Origin: Thermoanaerobaculia bacterium
GTDB lineage: Bacteria > Acidobacteriota > Thermoanaerobaculia > Multivoradales > UBA5704
Direction of reading: 5' to 3'
DNA length: 49,581 nucleotides
Assembly (NCBI GenBank): GCA_044226625.1
Contig: JBGAGQ010000050.1
Coordinates: forward strand, 1-49,581
Shown: positions 9,357-20,309 of the stretch, in pieces
Position numbering within the stretch: the first letter of the stretch is position 1
How the letters are laid out: the number at the start of each line of letters is the position of its first letter
Translations under genes and position numbers: made by a program
The notes under the pieces: generated by a model
What the model saw: the letters and a program-made list of their open reading frames with translations, nothing else
Told to the model about the DNA's origin: nothing
Database searches by the model: none

Positions 9357-9830
9357 TTACTCCTCTTCCTCCTCCTCGACGACGCGGAGGATGATGCGGC
9401 CCGAACGGATCTCGTTGCGCATCTGGTAGTCGTTGCCCACCCGGTAGTTGAGCTGGCCGCCGCCCGAATTGCGCCGGACGAAGACGTCGACCCAGTTCTC
9501 GCCGCGGCCGATGATGTCGATCTGCCCTCCGGCGACGCTGAAGCTCGCCGGCACCTCGACCTCTTCGCCCGTGCCATCGATCAGGCCGGTGCCCACGAGA
9601 GTGAGCCGAACCCGCTGGCCCTGGTAGACCTCGACCGGCTCGTTTTCGGGCGCCACACCGTAGAGGGTGGATTCGTCCTCGTCATGGCCCTGGGCATAAA
9701 CCTGAATGGCGATGACGCGGGAGACCTCTCCGTCCTGCGCCGAGGCGGGAACCGCGAAGGCGCACAGGGCCGCGGCGCAGAGCGCGAACGCGGCGAGGAC
9801 GGGGGGCAGGGAACGGCGCAAAGGCTTCAT
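9357..9830 (-). CDS. Secreted single-domain protein, paralogue of the N-domain of 7462-8418
   Basis: GGAGGAG RBS, signal peptide ending ASA-Q, shared VIAIQV...GVAPENE.V.V..G.R.RLTLVGTGL..G.GEEV...NWV.V...SGRI.L, and a poly-Glu tail. Confidence 0.75.
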   Translation of the reverse strand: MKPLRRSLPPVLAAFALCAAALCAFAVPASAQDGEVSRVIAIQVYAQGHDEDESTLYGVAPENEPVEVYQGQRVRLTLVGTGLIDGTGEEVEVPASFSVAGGQIDIIGRGENWVDVFVRRNSGGGQLNYRVGNDYQMRNEIRSGRIILRVVEEEEEE

Positions 9831-9907
9831 GACGGGTTTTCTCCTCCGGATTTCGCTAGATCTCGCTCCGACGTGGTGCGAGTCGTCATGGGACGTACGG
9901 TCTCGAT

Positions 9908-9923
9908 TGCAATCTCTCGGCCA
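9908..9923 (-). promoter_or_regulatory. Sigma54 (-24/-12) promoter candidate
   Basis: TGGCCGAGAGATTGCA has exact GG-N10-GC spacing and lies about 78 bp upstream of the 9830 start. Confidence 0.7.
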
Positions 9924-9939
9924 GGCGTTTTGCCGGCGC

Positions 9940-10692
9940 TCAGAGGCGGTGTTCGGCGAGGATCTCGTACAGCTCCGCGCAGCGGCGGGCGAGCGGCTCC
10001 AGCTGCTCTGGAAGGTCGTCGCCCTTCGGCCGATACGGGGCGAACCCGGTCGAGCGCTCGACCTCGGCGTACCAGTGCTCGGCCCAGATGCCGTCGGTCG
10101 CGCGCCGGCCCGGAGGCCAGGAGAGCATCGACTCCTGAAAGTCGATCCCCACCCGGTCGCAGAGCGCGGAGAGGGTCCGGCGCGGGTCGAGCAGGACGTC
10201 GCGCGCGTCGACGACCGGGGGCGCCGCGCCCCGGCGGCGTCGGACCAGCTCGAAAAGCTCGACCTGCTGGGGCAAGCCGGTGTCCTCGAGCGTCGGGTTC
10301 GGCATCACCTTGGCGAACGAGGCGAGCATCGCGCGCGGCTCACGGATCAGGAAGCAGTTCTCGAGCCGGTCGAGCCACCCGCCCTCGCCGCGGTCGATCT
10401 CTGGCAGCAGATGGTGGGACATGTGCTTCTGGTACCAGAGCGGCTTGTCCCCGGGGACGGGGCCGATGAGCCAGTCGACCACCTTCCGCCAGTCGCTCTC
10501 GTGGTGGGCGATCACCTCGTCCCGTCCTGGGTGCGGCAGACCGGTCGCAAGGAGGTAGTGGCTATAGAGCGGCTCGTCGGTGACGTAGGTGTCGCTCCGG
10601 CTCTCGAACGAGCGCATCATCGCGGTCGAGATGTTGCGCGGGCCGGACCAGACGGCGAGGCGAACCGTCGGCGGAGTTTGCGGTCGGGGCAT
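9940..10692 (-). CDS. Sulfotransferase-like P-loop protein (family resembling the N-domain of plant BCAT-like proteins)
   Basis: WSGPRNISTAMMRSF, DEPLY, YQKHMSHH, FLIREP, MLSWPPG and WYAEVERSTGF motifs. Confidence 0.8.
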   Translation of the reverse strand: MPRPQTPPTVRLAVWSGPRNISTAMMRSFESRSDTYVTDEPLYSHYLLATGLPHPGRDEVIAHHESDWRKVVDWLIGPVPGDKPLWYQKHMSHHLLPEIDRGEGGWLDRLENCFLIREPRAMLASFAKVMPNPTLEDTGLPQQVELFELVRRRRGAAPPVVDARDVLLDPRRTLSALCDRVGIDFQESMLSWPPGRRATDGIWAEHWYAEVERSTGFAPYRPKGDDLPEQLEPLARRCAELYEILAEHRL

Positions 10693-10712
10693 TCCGGATA
10701 AGATACGTCAGC

Positions 10713-12260
<1,548 letters not shown>

Positions 12261-12262
12261 CG

Positions 12263-12769
12263 ATGGATCTCTGGGTCAAGCTCGGCGAGCGGGAGGAGCG
12301 GGCGCGGGTCCGCCGCCACGATCACGGCTACGAGGTGACGATCGGCGAAACCGTCTACCACGTCGACGCCTCGCCGGTCGGACGAGGCGGCGCCTACAGC
12401 CTCCGGTTCGACGGCGTCCAGCAGGAGGTTGTCGTCCGGGCGAGCGGAGAAGACGTGCTGCGCGTCTCCGGCCGGTTCGCGAGCTGGGAGGTGGAGATCG
12501 CCGATCCGCTCGCCCATCTCGCCGCCACGGCCGGAGGCGGCGACTCGCGCCGCCGACATCGGAAAGTCGCGGCCTACATGCCCGGCCGCGTCGTCTCGAT
12601 CCTCGCCGAGCCCGGCGAGCAGGTCTCGGCGGGCCAGGGCATCATCGTCCTCGAGGCGATGAAGATGCAGAACGAGATCCTCGCCGAAGCCGACGGGACG
12701 GTCAAAGCGATCTACGTCCAGACCGGCCAAGCCGTCGAAGGGGGAGACCCGCTGTTCGAGCTGGAGTAG
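12263..12769 (+). CDS. Biotin carboxyl carrier protein
   Basis: MPGRVV and EAMKMQNE biotinylation motif. Confidence 0.92.
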   Translation: MDLWVKLGEREERARVRRHDHGYEVTIGETVYHVDASPVGRGGAYSLRFDGVQQEVVVRASGEDVLRVSGRFASWEVEIADPLAHLAATAGGGDSRRRHRKVAAYMPGRVVSILAEPGEQVSAGQGIIVLEAMKMQNEILAEADGTVKAIYVQTGQAVEGGDPLFELE

Positions 12770-12781
12770 GGCTCGGACGGT

Positions 12782-13732
12782 TCAGCCCGAAGCGACCTCG
12801 GCGCGGCGCGTCCGCCCCCGCAGATTCACCATCGACACGCCCAGAACGATCAGAAGGCCGCCCCAGAGGGTCGCCCAGCGCCAGGATTCTTGGCCGATCG
12901 CGACCGCTAGCGCGGTGGTGATCGGCGGCTCCAGGTAGAGAAAGACCGAGAGGCGCGCCGCGGGGATGGTTTCGAGCGCGTCGTTCCAGGCGAGCGGGGC
13001 AAGCGCCGAGCCGAGGATTCCGAGAAACGCGATCGAGATCCAGGCGGGGGCACCGATCCGCGCGATCGACGCGCCGAGCGAGCCGCCGGGAGCCGCGAGC
13101 CACCAGAGCGCCGAAAAAAGCCCGCCGAACGCGAGCACGTAGAAGGTCGTTCGCCCGGCCGGCTGCGACTTGAGGATGCGCCGGGAGAGCACCGTGTAGA
13201 TCGACCAGTTGCAGGCGGAAAAAAGCATCAGGAAATCGCCGGTCGTCCCGAATCCGCTCCTCGCGAGCGCCGAGAGGTCGCCGTGCGCCACGACGAAGAG
13301 CACGCCGAGCGCCGCGACCCCGATGCCGGCGGCGCCGAGCGTGCCGATTCGCTCGCCCAGCGTCGTCCGGCCGAGCAGCGCGGTGAAGATCGGCGAGACC
13401 GTGACCAGCCAGGCGGCGGTCGAGGCGTCGGAGGTCGTCAGCGCCTGGGCCTGCAGCCACTGGTGGAATCCGATCCCGAGAAAGCCGAGGAACGCGAGCT
13501 TGCCGAGCAGCCGCAGGGGCACGCGAGCCATCTCGCCGCGCCACGCGGCGACCCCCGAGAGCACGAGCGCACCGAGGAGCGACCGAATCGCCACGACGAA
13601 CGCCGGGGAGGCATCGGCGAGCGCCCGCTTGGTCGCGACGAACGTACCGCCCCACACCACCACCGCGAACAGGGCTTCGGCGATCGCCCCCTGCAGCGAG
13701 GCGGGGCGGCGATGGGTCGTAGTTTCGGTCAA
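12782..13732 (-). CDS. DMT/EamA family transporter
   Basis: About 10 TM helices; WGGTFVATK, PIFTALL...LGER, and YLEPP...IGQE motifs. Confidence 0.9.
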   Translation of the reverse strand: MTETTTHRRPASLQGAIAEALFAVVVWGGTFVATKRALADASPAFVVAIRSLLGALVLSGVAAWRGEMARVPLRLLGKLAFLGFLGIGFHQWLQAQALTTSDASTAAWLVTVSPIFTALLGRTTLGERIGTLGAAGIGVAALGVLFVVAHGDLSALARSGFGTTGDFLMLFSACNWSIYTVLSRRILKSQPAGRTTFYVLAFGGLFSALWWLAAPGGSLGASIARIGAPAWISIAFLGILGSALAPLAWNDALETIPAARLSVFLYLEPPITTALAVAIGQESWRWATLWGGLLIVLGVSMVNLRGRTRRAEVASG

Positions 13733-13831
13733 GGGATCGGCACGTGCCGTATGGAGGGTCTTTGTCGGAACGTCCCTGCGCGGTTCGTAGGGGCGAAGTC
13801 TAGGTGGGCTTCAGGAGCGGAGCAAGGTCGT

Positions 13832-14140
13832 TCAGCCGACCTTCTCGACGAACGACCGGTCCTCGCAGAGGATGCAGGCGGCTTGTTCGACCTGGGCGAT
13901 GGCCGCCTGGTTGTCTGGATCGTCGCCGAGCGCCGCGCGGTAGGTCTCGTAAGCGGCGAGGCTCGGGAAGTCGATCAGGGCGAGCGCCTCGTTGGTCCTT
14001 CCCGCGAAGCGGGTCGGGAGGTAGTAGCCGACGAGGTCGCCGCCGGAGCGGCGGATCGGCTCGGCGATGCTTTTCGCGTAGGCCTCGAATTCGCGGAGCT
14101 TTCTGGGGTCGATCTGATAGCGGATGCTCAAGGTGATCAT
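13832..14140 (-). CDS. NIPSNAP family protein
   Basis: GGAGGA RBS; IRYQIDP...FEAYA...GYYLP...ALIDFPSLAAYETYR...EDRSF. Confidence 0.85.
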   Translation of the reverse strand: MITLSIRYQIDPRKLREFEAYAKSIAEPIRRSGGDLVGYYLPTRFAGRTNEALALIDFPSLAAYETYRAALGDDPDNQAAIAQVEQAACILCEDRSFVEKVG

Positions 14141-14197
14141 TCGAAAAGGTCCTCCCGTCTCGGTCCAACGTCCGGGAGCACGATAGGGCGCACGGGC

Positions 14198-14233
14198 CGG
14201 AGGACGTTTCAACCTGCGGTGAAGCGTCCTCCG
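14198..14233. promoter_or_regulatory. Inverted-repeat operator between the divergent NIPSNAP and ArsR genes
   Basis: CGGAGGACGTTTCA-N8-TGAAGCGTCCTCCG has 13 of 14 complementary positions and lies just upstream of a TAGACT -10 box (14245-14250). Confidence 0.65.
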
Positions 14234-14258
14234 ACCGTCGAGGCTAGACTGCGCCTCG

Positions 14259-14948
14259 ATGAACGCCCGCTATCCCCTCGCCGCGGTCGCCGAGCTGATC
14301 GGCGAGCCGGCGCGCGCGGCGATGTTGATCGCCCTGGTCGACGGCCGAGCGCTGCCGGCGGGAGAGCTCGCGCGAAGCGCCGGGATCTCAGCGCAGTCGG
14401 CGAGCGGCCACCTCGGCAAGCTCGTGCTCGGCGGGCTCCTTTCCGTTTCGAGCTCCGGACGCCACCGGTATTACCGGCTTGCGGCGCCCGAGGTGGCGCA
14501 CGCGCTCGAGGCGCTCGGCGCGATCTCGACCGCCCGGGGAGTCGGCGTTCCTCGATCTCCAAGGCCGGAGCCGCTCCACGAGGCGCGCCTTTGCTACGAC
14601 CATCTCGCCGGGCGCGTCGGCGTCGAGATCACCGCGGCGCTCGAACGGGCGGGAGCCCTCGAAGCGTCAGGAGAACGCGACTTCGTCCTCGGCCCGCGAG
14701 GCGAGGACGCGTTCGGCGGGATCGGCCTCGACCTCGCGGCGTTGCGCGGGGCGCGGCGTGCCTTCGCCCGACGCTGCCTCGATTGGACCGAGCGGCGGCC
14801 GCACCTCGCGGGGGCGCTCGGCGCGGCTCTGTGCGCGCGGCTTCTCGAATTGGAGTGGCTCGCCAGGACGCCGAAGAGCCGTGCCCTTCGGATCACCCAC
14901 CGCGGCGCGCGAGGGTTGGCGGAGCGGTTCGGGGTGAGCTGCGGTTGA
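14259..14948 (+). CDS. ArsR-family winged-helix transcriptional regulator
   Basis: IGEPARAAMLIALVDG...ELA...SASGHLGKL...GRHRYYRL, with ARLCYDHLAG and CLDWTERRPHLAG in the C-domain. Confidence 0.9.
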   Translation: MNARYPLAAVAELIGEPARAAMLIALVDGRALPAGELARSAGISAQSASGHLGKLVLGGLLSVSSSGRHRYYRLAAPEVAHALEALGAISTARGVGVPRSPRPEPLHEARLCYDHLAGRVGVEITAALERAGALEASGERDFVLGPRGEDAFGGIGLDLAALRGARRAFARRCLDWTERRPHLAGALGAALCARLLELEWLARTPKSRALRITHRGARGLAERFGVSCG

Positions 14949-14952
14949 CCGC

Positions 14953-17079
14953 CTAACCGGAGGTCGCGATCAGCTCGAGCAGCTCCTCGCCGTATTTCGA
15001 GACGATCCCCGGTCCGATGCCGGGGACGTTCAGGAGGCCGACCTCGCTCTTCGGCTGCGCCGCCGCGAGGGCGTAGAGCGTGCGGTCGGTGAGGATGCGG
15101 AACGCTGGAATCTTCCGCTTCTTCGCCTCGGCGAGCCGCCAGGCGCGGAGCCCCTCGACGAGCGGCGTCGCGGCTTCGTCCCGCGCCGTGTCGATCGAGG
15201 CCGAATCGCCTCGCGATTCCCCACGAGATGGGCCGCCTGACGAGCGCTCCCGCTTGCTCGCCTTTGCCTTCTGTCGCTTCGAGCCGGCATCGGGAGGCGC
15301 TTCGGTGAGTGTGAGCCCGGCGAGCGCCGCGTCGTCGATTCGATATCCCGTGGCGGTGAGCACGGCGCGTTGGAAACGGATCTCTCGCCCGTCTTTTTCG
15401 AACGAATCCTCCTGGAGCCGCAGGAGACCCGCGCGGACCAGCGCGCCAAGGAGCTGCTCGAAGGCGCGGCGGTCGAACCCTGCCGGGGCGTCCTCGCCGA
15501 GCTCGCGGAAGATCTGGCCGGTGGTCTGGCCGTCCCGCTCGCGGAGCGTTTCGAGGATCGCCGCGAGGACGGCGAACTCGGCGTCCGTCGCGGCGCGCGA
15601 GCTGCCGAGCAGGCGGCGATCCGGGGCGCAGACGTCGCAGATACCGCACGGTCCGCCCGCGTCCTCCTGGTCGCCGAAATGGCGGATCAGATGAAGCATG
15701 CGGCAGTCGTGCCCCTCGGCGTAACGCAGGATGTCGTCGAGCTGGCCGACCTTGTGGCCGCTCTGCTCCTGATACGAGCGGCGGAACGACGTGCCGCCGC
15801 GCGAGATCCGCCCCTCGGCGTCCACCTTGGCACCGCCGTGGATCCAGAGCTTCTCGAGCGCCCGCTCGAACAGCTCCGCGTCGAGCTTGAGCCGCCGCGC
15901 GATGTCCTCGGTCGGGCGCGGCTCGGGCGTGAGGGCGTTCGCGATCTCGTCGAGCACCGCGATCTCCGGATAGTCGCGGGCATGGAAGAACTCGTGGGTC
16001 CGCCGATCGGCGTAGGAGTAGAGCAGGATCGCCCGCGAAGGGAGGCCGTCGCGGCCGGCGCGACCGATCTCCTGGTAATACCCCTCGAGCGAGCCGGGCA
16101 GGGCGGTGTGGATCACCGTGCGGACGTTCGCTTTGTCGATGCCCATGCCAAAAGCGATCGTCGCGACGATCACCTCCAGCCGGCCGTCCAGGAACGCGCT
16201 CTGGACCCGCTCGCGCTCGGACGCCGCCATCCCGGCGTGGTAGGCGGCCGCCGGCATCTCGACGGACAGCTCGGCGCCGAGGGCGTCGGCCTCCTTGCGC
16301 GTCGGCGCGTAGACGATCGCGGGGCGGGCCTCGGCGGCGGCGAGCGCCGCGCGCACCGCCTCGCGCCGTGCGGTGGGGCGGAGGGCGACCGCCTCGATCG
16401 CGAGGTTCACCCGGCGGAAGCCGTGGATGAAGCGGAGCGCCCGCGGCATGCCGAGCTGGACCGCGATGTCGTCCTGCACGCGTGGCGTCGCCGTCGCGGT
16501 GAGGGCGATCACCGGCGCGGGGCGCAGCTGCGGCAGGCGCGCGCCGAGCATCCGGTACTCGGGCCGGAAGTCGTGCCCCCATTGCGAGATGCAGTGCGCC
16601 TCGTCGACCGCGACCAGCCCGGGCTTCGTGCGAGCGAGGAACTCGGGAAAGCCCGGCACCGCGAGCCGCTCCGGGGCGATGAACAGATAGTCGAGCTTCT
16701 TCTGCAGGTAGTCGATGCAGACGCGGCGTGACTCCGCCCGGTCGCGTCCGGAGTGAATGCGCTCGGCGGCGAACCCGAGCTCGCGTAGCTTCGCGACCTG
16801 ATCCTCCATGAGCGCGATGAGCGGCGAGACGACCAACGTCGCGCCACCGCGCGCGAGGCCCGGGAGCTGATAGCAGAGCGACTTTCCCGCCCCGGTCGGC
16901 ATGATCAGCAGCACGTCCTCGCCGGCAGATACCGCGCGGCAGACCTGCTCCTGATAGGGGCGGAAGCTCGGAAGCCCGAAACGCGTGCGGAGCAGCTCGC
17001 GCAGCCGGTCCGACCCGCTCGGCACCGACAGCTCCGGAGCGGCGAAGGGGAGGGTGGAAGGCTCGGGTGGAAGGGGCAA
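14953..17079 (-). CDS. recQ: RecQ-family ATP-dependent DNA helicase with HRDC domain
   Basis: [59 protein letters not shown], Zn-binding CR...CGICDVC, and HRDC ([11 protein letters not shown]). Confidence 0.93.
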   Translation of the reverse strand: MPLPPEPSTLPFAAPELSVPSGSDRLRELLRTRFGLPSFRPYQEQVCRAVSAGEDVLLIMPTGAGKSLCYQLPGLARGGATLVVSPLIALMEDQVAKLRELGFAAERIHSGRDRAESRRVCIDYLQKKLDYLFIAPERLAVPGFPEFLARTKPGLVAVDEAHCISQWGHDFRPEYRMLGARLPQLRPAPVIALTATATPRVQDDIAVQLGMPRALRFIHGFRRVNLAIEAVALRPTARREAVRAALAAAEARPAIVYAPTRKEADALGAELSVEMPAAAYHAGMAASERERVQSAFLDGRLEVIVATIAFGMGIDKANVRTVIHTALPGSLEGYYQEIGRAGRDGLPSRAILLYSYADRRTHEFFHARDYPEIAVLDEIANALTPEPRPTEDIARRLKLDAELFERALEKLWIHGGAKVDAEGRISRGGTSFRRSYQEQSGHKVGQLDDILRYAEGHDCRMLHLIRHFGDQEDAGGPCGICDVCAPDRRLLGSSRAATDAEFAVLAAILETLRERDGQTTGQIFRELGEDAPAGFDRRAFEQLLGALVRAGLLRLQEDSFEKDGREIRFQRAVLTATGYRIDDAALAGLTLTEAPPDAGSKRQKAKASKRERSSGGPSRGESRGDSASIDTARDEAATPLVEGLRAWRLAEAKKRKIPAFRILTDRTLYALAAAQPKSEVGLLNVPGIGPGIVSKYGEELLELIATSG

Positions 17080-17160
17080 AGGAGGGAATCTCGCGCGTGG
17101 AATCTTAGACCAAACCCGGAACGCCGCCCGCGAGGGGCGAGGCGCGAGAAGGTCGCCGGC

Positions 17161-17529
17161 TCAACTCAAGGGATTGGTCACGCGGAGGTCGGGGATCCAA
17201 TCGAAATCGGCGGTATTGGCGGTGATCAGCTCCAGGTCGTGAACGAGGGCGGTCGCCGCGATCAGTGCGTCCCCCAGGCTTACGGCCTTCTTTTGTCGCA
17301 ACGAAGTCGAGCATTCGAGGATCTCGACCGAGATCTGAAGCATGGGTGCGGCGACGAAAAAGTCTTCGAAAAGCCGACGCTCGCGTTCCAGAAGCCGATG
17401 GTACCCGAGAACCTCGACGTAGCTGACGACCGAGACCGCCGGAGATTGCGTTGCGATGAGCCTGCGAAGGGCGCGATGTTCGGGCTTTGAGGCGTAGATG
17501 ATGATGTTGCTGTCGATCAGCACGATCAA
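17161..17529 (-). CDS. vapC: PIN-domain VapC-type toxin
   Basis: LIDSNIII, SYVEVLG and DALIAATALVHDLELITANTADF carry the PIN acidic residues. Confidence 0.9.
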   Translation of the reverse strand: MIVLIDSNIIIYASKPEHRALRRLIATQSPAVSVVSYVEVLGYHRLLERERRLFEDFFVAAPMLQISVEILECSTSLRQKKAVSLGDALIAATALVHDLELITANTADFDWIPDLRVTNPLS

Positions 17530-17553
17530 GTCAGCACGGAAAAGGCGGCACGA

Positions 17554-17820
17554 TCAATCGCGTCCGGGACCCTGCCGGTCTCGCCGACTCTCCCGCTGCC
17601 AGGAGACGGGGTCGTCGATGTCGACCGGATACGGCACACCGGCGAGCTTCTCGAGCGCGGCGGCCATTCGTTCTCCGGCCTGGCGGCGATCGGAGCGGTC
17701 TTCCGCGACGATCGTCACGTCGACGGGAATCGAGCGTTCGGTACCGATCTCGGGTGGCGTCTCGCCTTGCCATTCGAGACGGTTTCCCGTGAGCACCGCG
17801 CGATAGGTGAGAGTGTGCAT
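17554..17820 (-). CDS. Putative antitoxin
   Basis: 88-aa ORF directly upstream of vapC; beta-rich N-terminus and C-terminal IDDPVSWQRESRRDR. Confidence 0.7.
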   Translation of the reverse strand: MHTLTYRAVLTGNRLEWQGETPPEIGTERSIPVDVTIVAEDRSDRRQAGERMAAALEKLAGVPYPVDIDDPVSWQRESRRDRQGPGRD

Positions 17821-17842
17821 TCCGAGGGTGCCTACCGATTGA

Positions 17843-17851
17843 ACTATAGCA
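17843..17851 (-). promoter_or_regulatory. Extended -10 promoter of the toxin-antitoxin operon
   Basis: TGCTATAGT (TGn-TATAGT) lies about 22 bp upstream of the antitoxin ATG. Confidence 0.5.
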
Positions 17852-18005
17852 GCCTCAAGGATTCATCGAAGCTTCGGCGGGACTCGCCGCCCGGCCGGCG
17901 GACCGTTGCGTCCGAACGTCGCGGTCGAACAAGCGACACCGCCCGCGAACGACTCGGTTCGCGGGCGGCGGGGAAGGGGTGACGGAGATTGGGAGAAGCG
18001 CCTGC

Positions 18006-20141
18006 TTAGGGCGTGTCGCCCGCAGCCCTCTCGGCGGCCGGACCGGCCGGTGCGGATCGGCCCCGGGACGCAACCTGAGACGCTGACACCGAAGCGCCGA
18101 GGCTGGCGATCGAAGATCCCGCGGCCGGGGCGACCCGGTTGTCGCAGCCCGCGGGAGCGGCGCTCTCGCCGTAGAGATTGCCCGCGCGCACCTCGTAGCG
18201 CGGGTTCTTCGTCGGATCGAAGCTCGCGTCGACGTAGGAGAGGTCCGTGGCGGGCAGCACGGTGAGCAACTGCTCGGGGATTCCGGTCTGGGTGCGGTAG
18301 ACGCGGTAGCCTTTGATCGGAGCGCCCCCCTCGGCGGGCTCGGACCACGAGAGCCGGATCGAGCCGTTTTCGAACGCCGCCCGCGCGAGCGGCGATCCGG
18401 GGGGACCGGGGGGCGGGTCGAAGGCGGAGAAGAGCCCGAGGCCCCCTTTCTGCCGCGCGACCGAGGCGAGAGCGCCCTGGGTGTTCGGCGCCGAATCGAT
18501 GCAGCCGCCGGTGCAGCCGTCCGCGTAGCCCACCACGGCTCGGCCTCGGCGATCGACCTGGAGATCCATGAAATCGAGCAGGTTCCGCGTGCCGTTCGGG
18601 CAACCGGTGGTGCCGCCCGCGCAGATCGTGCCGCGTTGGACCGGATCGCCCGGCGTGGCGTTCGACACGCTCCAGGTGGCGCCGCCGTCGTAGGTGTGCG
18701 CGACGTAGAGGTACCAGACGGCAGGGCTCGCCGGATCGTCGCCGCTCGAGCTCGGCGTCGTCGTGCCGAGGAAGGCGATCGCGGCTCGCGCATCGTCGCC
18801 CGCGATCGCCGTGGCGAACGCGGTGTCCCGAAGGCCGAGCGTCGAACCAAGGTCGAGCGGGGCGGTCCAGGTCGCTCCGCGGTCGTGTGATACCGCGACC
18901 TTCGGTTTGCCGTCGCCGTTTCCGAACGCGAAGTACACCGTCCCCTTCGCGCCGATCGCGACCGAAGGATCCCAGGTTCCGGCGCTGCTCCCCGGAACCG
19001 TGCGCACCGTCCAGGTGAGCCCGTTGTTGCTCGACACCGCGACCCCTTGCTTCCCGCCGCACGACTTGTTCGGTACGTAGGCGGTGCCGTCGGGAGCGAC
19101 TTTTACGTGGCCGTGCAGGCCGCCGCACTGGGTCAGGTTGTAGATCGGCACGGCGGGCCCGAACGTCGTCCCCCCGTCGAGCGACAGCGCGCATTCGGCG
19201 AGAGCGATGTCCTGCGAGCAGTAATAGACGGCGTGAGGATGGAGCGGGCTACCGAGCGGCGCCGCGAACGGTCCGCCACCGACCGTCTGGTGATCGACGC
19301 CGGAATTGATGCCCGAGCCCGTGCTGGGCAGCCAGGTCGCCCCGTCGTCGTCGGAGTAGGACATCAAGCTCGTCTTACCGAGCAGCTGCGAGGAGAACGT
19401 CCGCCCCGTGGCTGGATCGGTGAACAGGATCGGGTCGAGCGAGGTGACCGCGTTGGCCGGGCTGACGTCGAGCCAATCGCCGTCCGGGCGCATCCGCGCC
19501 GGCGAGGTGCAGACGTCGTAGCGCAGCCGGAGCGTCTGTAGGCCCGAGACGTACATCACGGTGCCGCCGTTGTCGCCGATCTCGCTGTTCCAGTTGATCC
19601 CCAGGCTCGGCTCGCCGGAGTCGTGCTCGCCCGGATCGGCGTAGACCGAATAGGTGGCGGGGCGGATCGAGCTGGCCGGCGCTCCGTCGCTCGGCTGCGG
19701 TGCGAGCGTCGCCAGGCCGAAGACCGGCGACGCGCCGGAGAAGTTGACCGCCTGGATCGTGTAGACGCCCGCCGGCGGATTGGCGAGCACCGCGACCTCG
19801 TCCTGGCTCGGCGAATTGCCGGAGGTCGCCACGACCTGGCCCGCCGCGTCGTAGATCTTTAAATCCCAGTCGTCGGCGCCGCTCACGTGCAACGTCACGT
19901 TGACGACGAAGGGATAGGGGGCGGGGGAGACGGTCAGCTGGAAATTGTCGCAAAGAGTGTCGCCCGGCGTCGTGCACCCGACCGCGACGAGCGGGGGCTT
20001 GATCTCGCCGTTCCAGGTCACCGTCGGTTGCGACTCGGAGACGCTGCCTGCGGCGGGGGTCGCGGCGTGGACCGCGACGGGTGGAAAGAGGAGCGCCAGC
20101 GCCGCGAGCCGCGCCCAAGTCGAACCGGAAGATCTGGCCAT
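18006..20141 (-). CDS. Secreted BNR/sialidase-like beta-propeller protein with an N-terminal PPC-like domain and a C-terminal FN3-like domain
   Basis: GAGGAGG RBS, signal peptide, Asp-box repeats (SDDDGATW, SLDGGTTF, SSNNGLTW, SHDRGATW, TYDGGATW), and LSWSEP...GAPIKGYRVYR...YEVRAGN FN3 pattern. Confidence 0.8.
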   Translation of the reverse strand: MARSSGSTWARLAALALLFPPVAVHAATPAAGSVSESQPTVTWNGEIKPPLVAVGCTTPGDTLCDNFQLTVSPAPYPFVVNVTLHVSGADDWDLKIYDAAGQVVATSGNSPSQDEVAVLANPPAGVYTIQAVNFSGASPVFGLATLAPQPSDGAPASSIRPATYSVYADPGEHDSGEPSLGINWNSEIGDNGGTVMYVSGLQTLRLRYDVCTSPARMRPDGDWLDVSPANAVTSLDPILFTDPATGRTFSSQLLGKTSLMSYSDDDGATWLPSTGSGINSGVDHQTVGGGPFAAPLGSPLHPHAVYYCSQDIALAECALSLDGGTTFGPAVPIYNLTQCGGLHGHVKVAPDGTAYVPNKSCGGKQGVAVSSNNGLTWTVRTVPGSSAGTWDPSVAIGAKGTVYFAFGNGDGKPKVAVSHDRGATWTAPLDLGSTLGLRDTAFATAIAGDDARAAIAFLGTTTPSSSGDDPASPAVWYLYVAHTYDGGATWSVSNATPGDPVQRGTICAGGTTGCPNGTRNLLDFMDLQVDRRGRAVVGYADGCTGGCIDSAPNTQGALASVARQKGGLGLFSAFDPPPGPPGSPLARAAFENGSIRLSWSEPAEGGAPIKGYRVYRTQTGIPEQLLTVLPATDLSYVDASFDPTKNPRYEVRAGNLYGESAAPAGCDNRVAPAAGSSIASLGASVSASQVASRGRSAPAGPAAERAAGDTP

Positions 20142-20309
20142 GTCAAACCTCCTCGGAAGTGGACCCGGCCCACCCACGCGAGCGCGCCGGGCGCGATGGG
20201 AGGCCCCTGCAAGGGCATGCCAGGGTGCGGACACCGATTTCGAGAAAGGCTTTCTTTCGGACCGGGGGGATCCCCGGAAGTTTCTGCCAAAGCTGCGGGG
20301 ATCGGTGTC

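Noticed and set aside
20208-20222. Sigma54-like TGGCATGCCCTTGCA upstream of the BNR/FN3 gene
   Set aside because: Spacing is GG-N9-GC, one base short of the strict requirement. It would only qualify if the homopolymer carries a sequencing deletion.
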